From Azolla caroliniana (lineage: Eukaryota > Plantae > Polypodiophyta): DNA of 64,000 bases. The stretch is from NCBI GenBank assembly GCA_043228905.1, contig JBHGNT010000005.1, positions 24,180,001 to 24,244,000 of the forward strand, written 5' to 3'. The notes beneath the pieces were generated by a model, which was not told the DNA's origin, did not search any database, and saw only the letters and a list, made by a program, of their open reading frames with translations. Positions within the stretch are counted from its first letter, which is position 1. Each line of letters begins with the position of its first letter. The position numbers and the translations under genes are program-made. Positions 63,961 to 64,000 of the stretch are shown here, piece by piece.

Positions 63961-64000
63961 ACTAACCTAGGGTAGGAACCCGACTTAGAAACAAACATCA

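Overview
Eukaryotic plant genomic DNA with spliceosomal introns and many (GA)n/(TA)n microsatellites. The retrotransposon types suggest a seed-free lineage such as a fern, but that is inference. Six host genes are recognisable: the 5' part of a TMK-type LRR receptor kinase (1-759, -, running off the window and missing from the ORF track), ACD11/GLTP (+), a Rubisco-LSMT-family SET methyltransferase (-), an F-box/LysM protein (+), an unusually long NINJA co-repressor (+) and the thylakoid-lumen pentapeptide-repeat protein TL20.3 (-). About 14.6-32.8 kb is a three-level nest of LTR retrotransposons. An old, 3'-truncated Tcn1/Tf1-sushi-like Ty3/gypsy element (-) with a visible self-priming signature was hit by two related Ty1/copia elements (A 15486-25605; C 26915-32559). 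Copia A was then hit by a very young pol-less LTR element (B 16864-21236) with a tRNA-Trp PBS, a 4-bp TSD and one intact 1052-aa ORF: a Gag-like N-terminus plus a long repeat-built disordered tail. Element B is the best candidate for something undescribed. Other points of interest are a duplicated PPT with an in-frame Pol tail and a conserved PPT stem-loop in both copias, a duplication-born candidate cassette exon in NINJA, a possible U12 intron and a TRIM-like element with a tRNA-Ala PBS. All coordinates and mismatch counts were read by eye; no database search was run.
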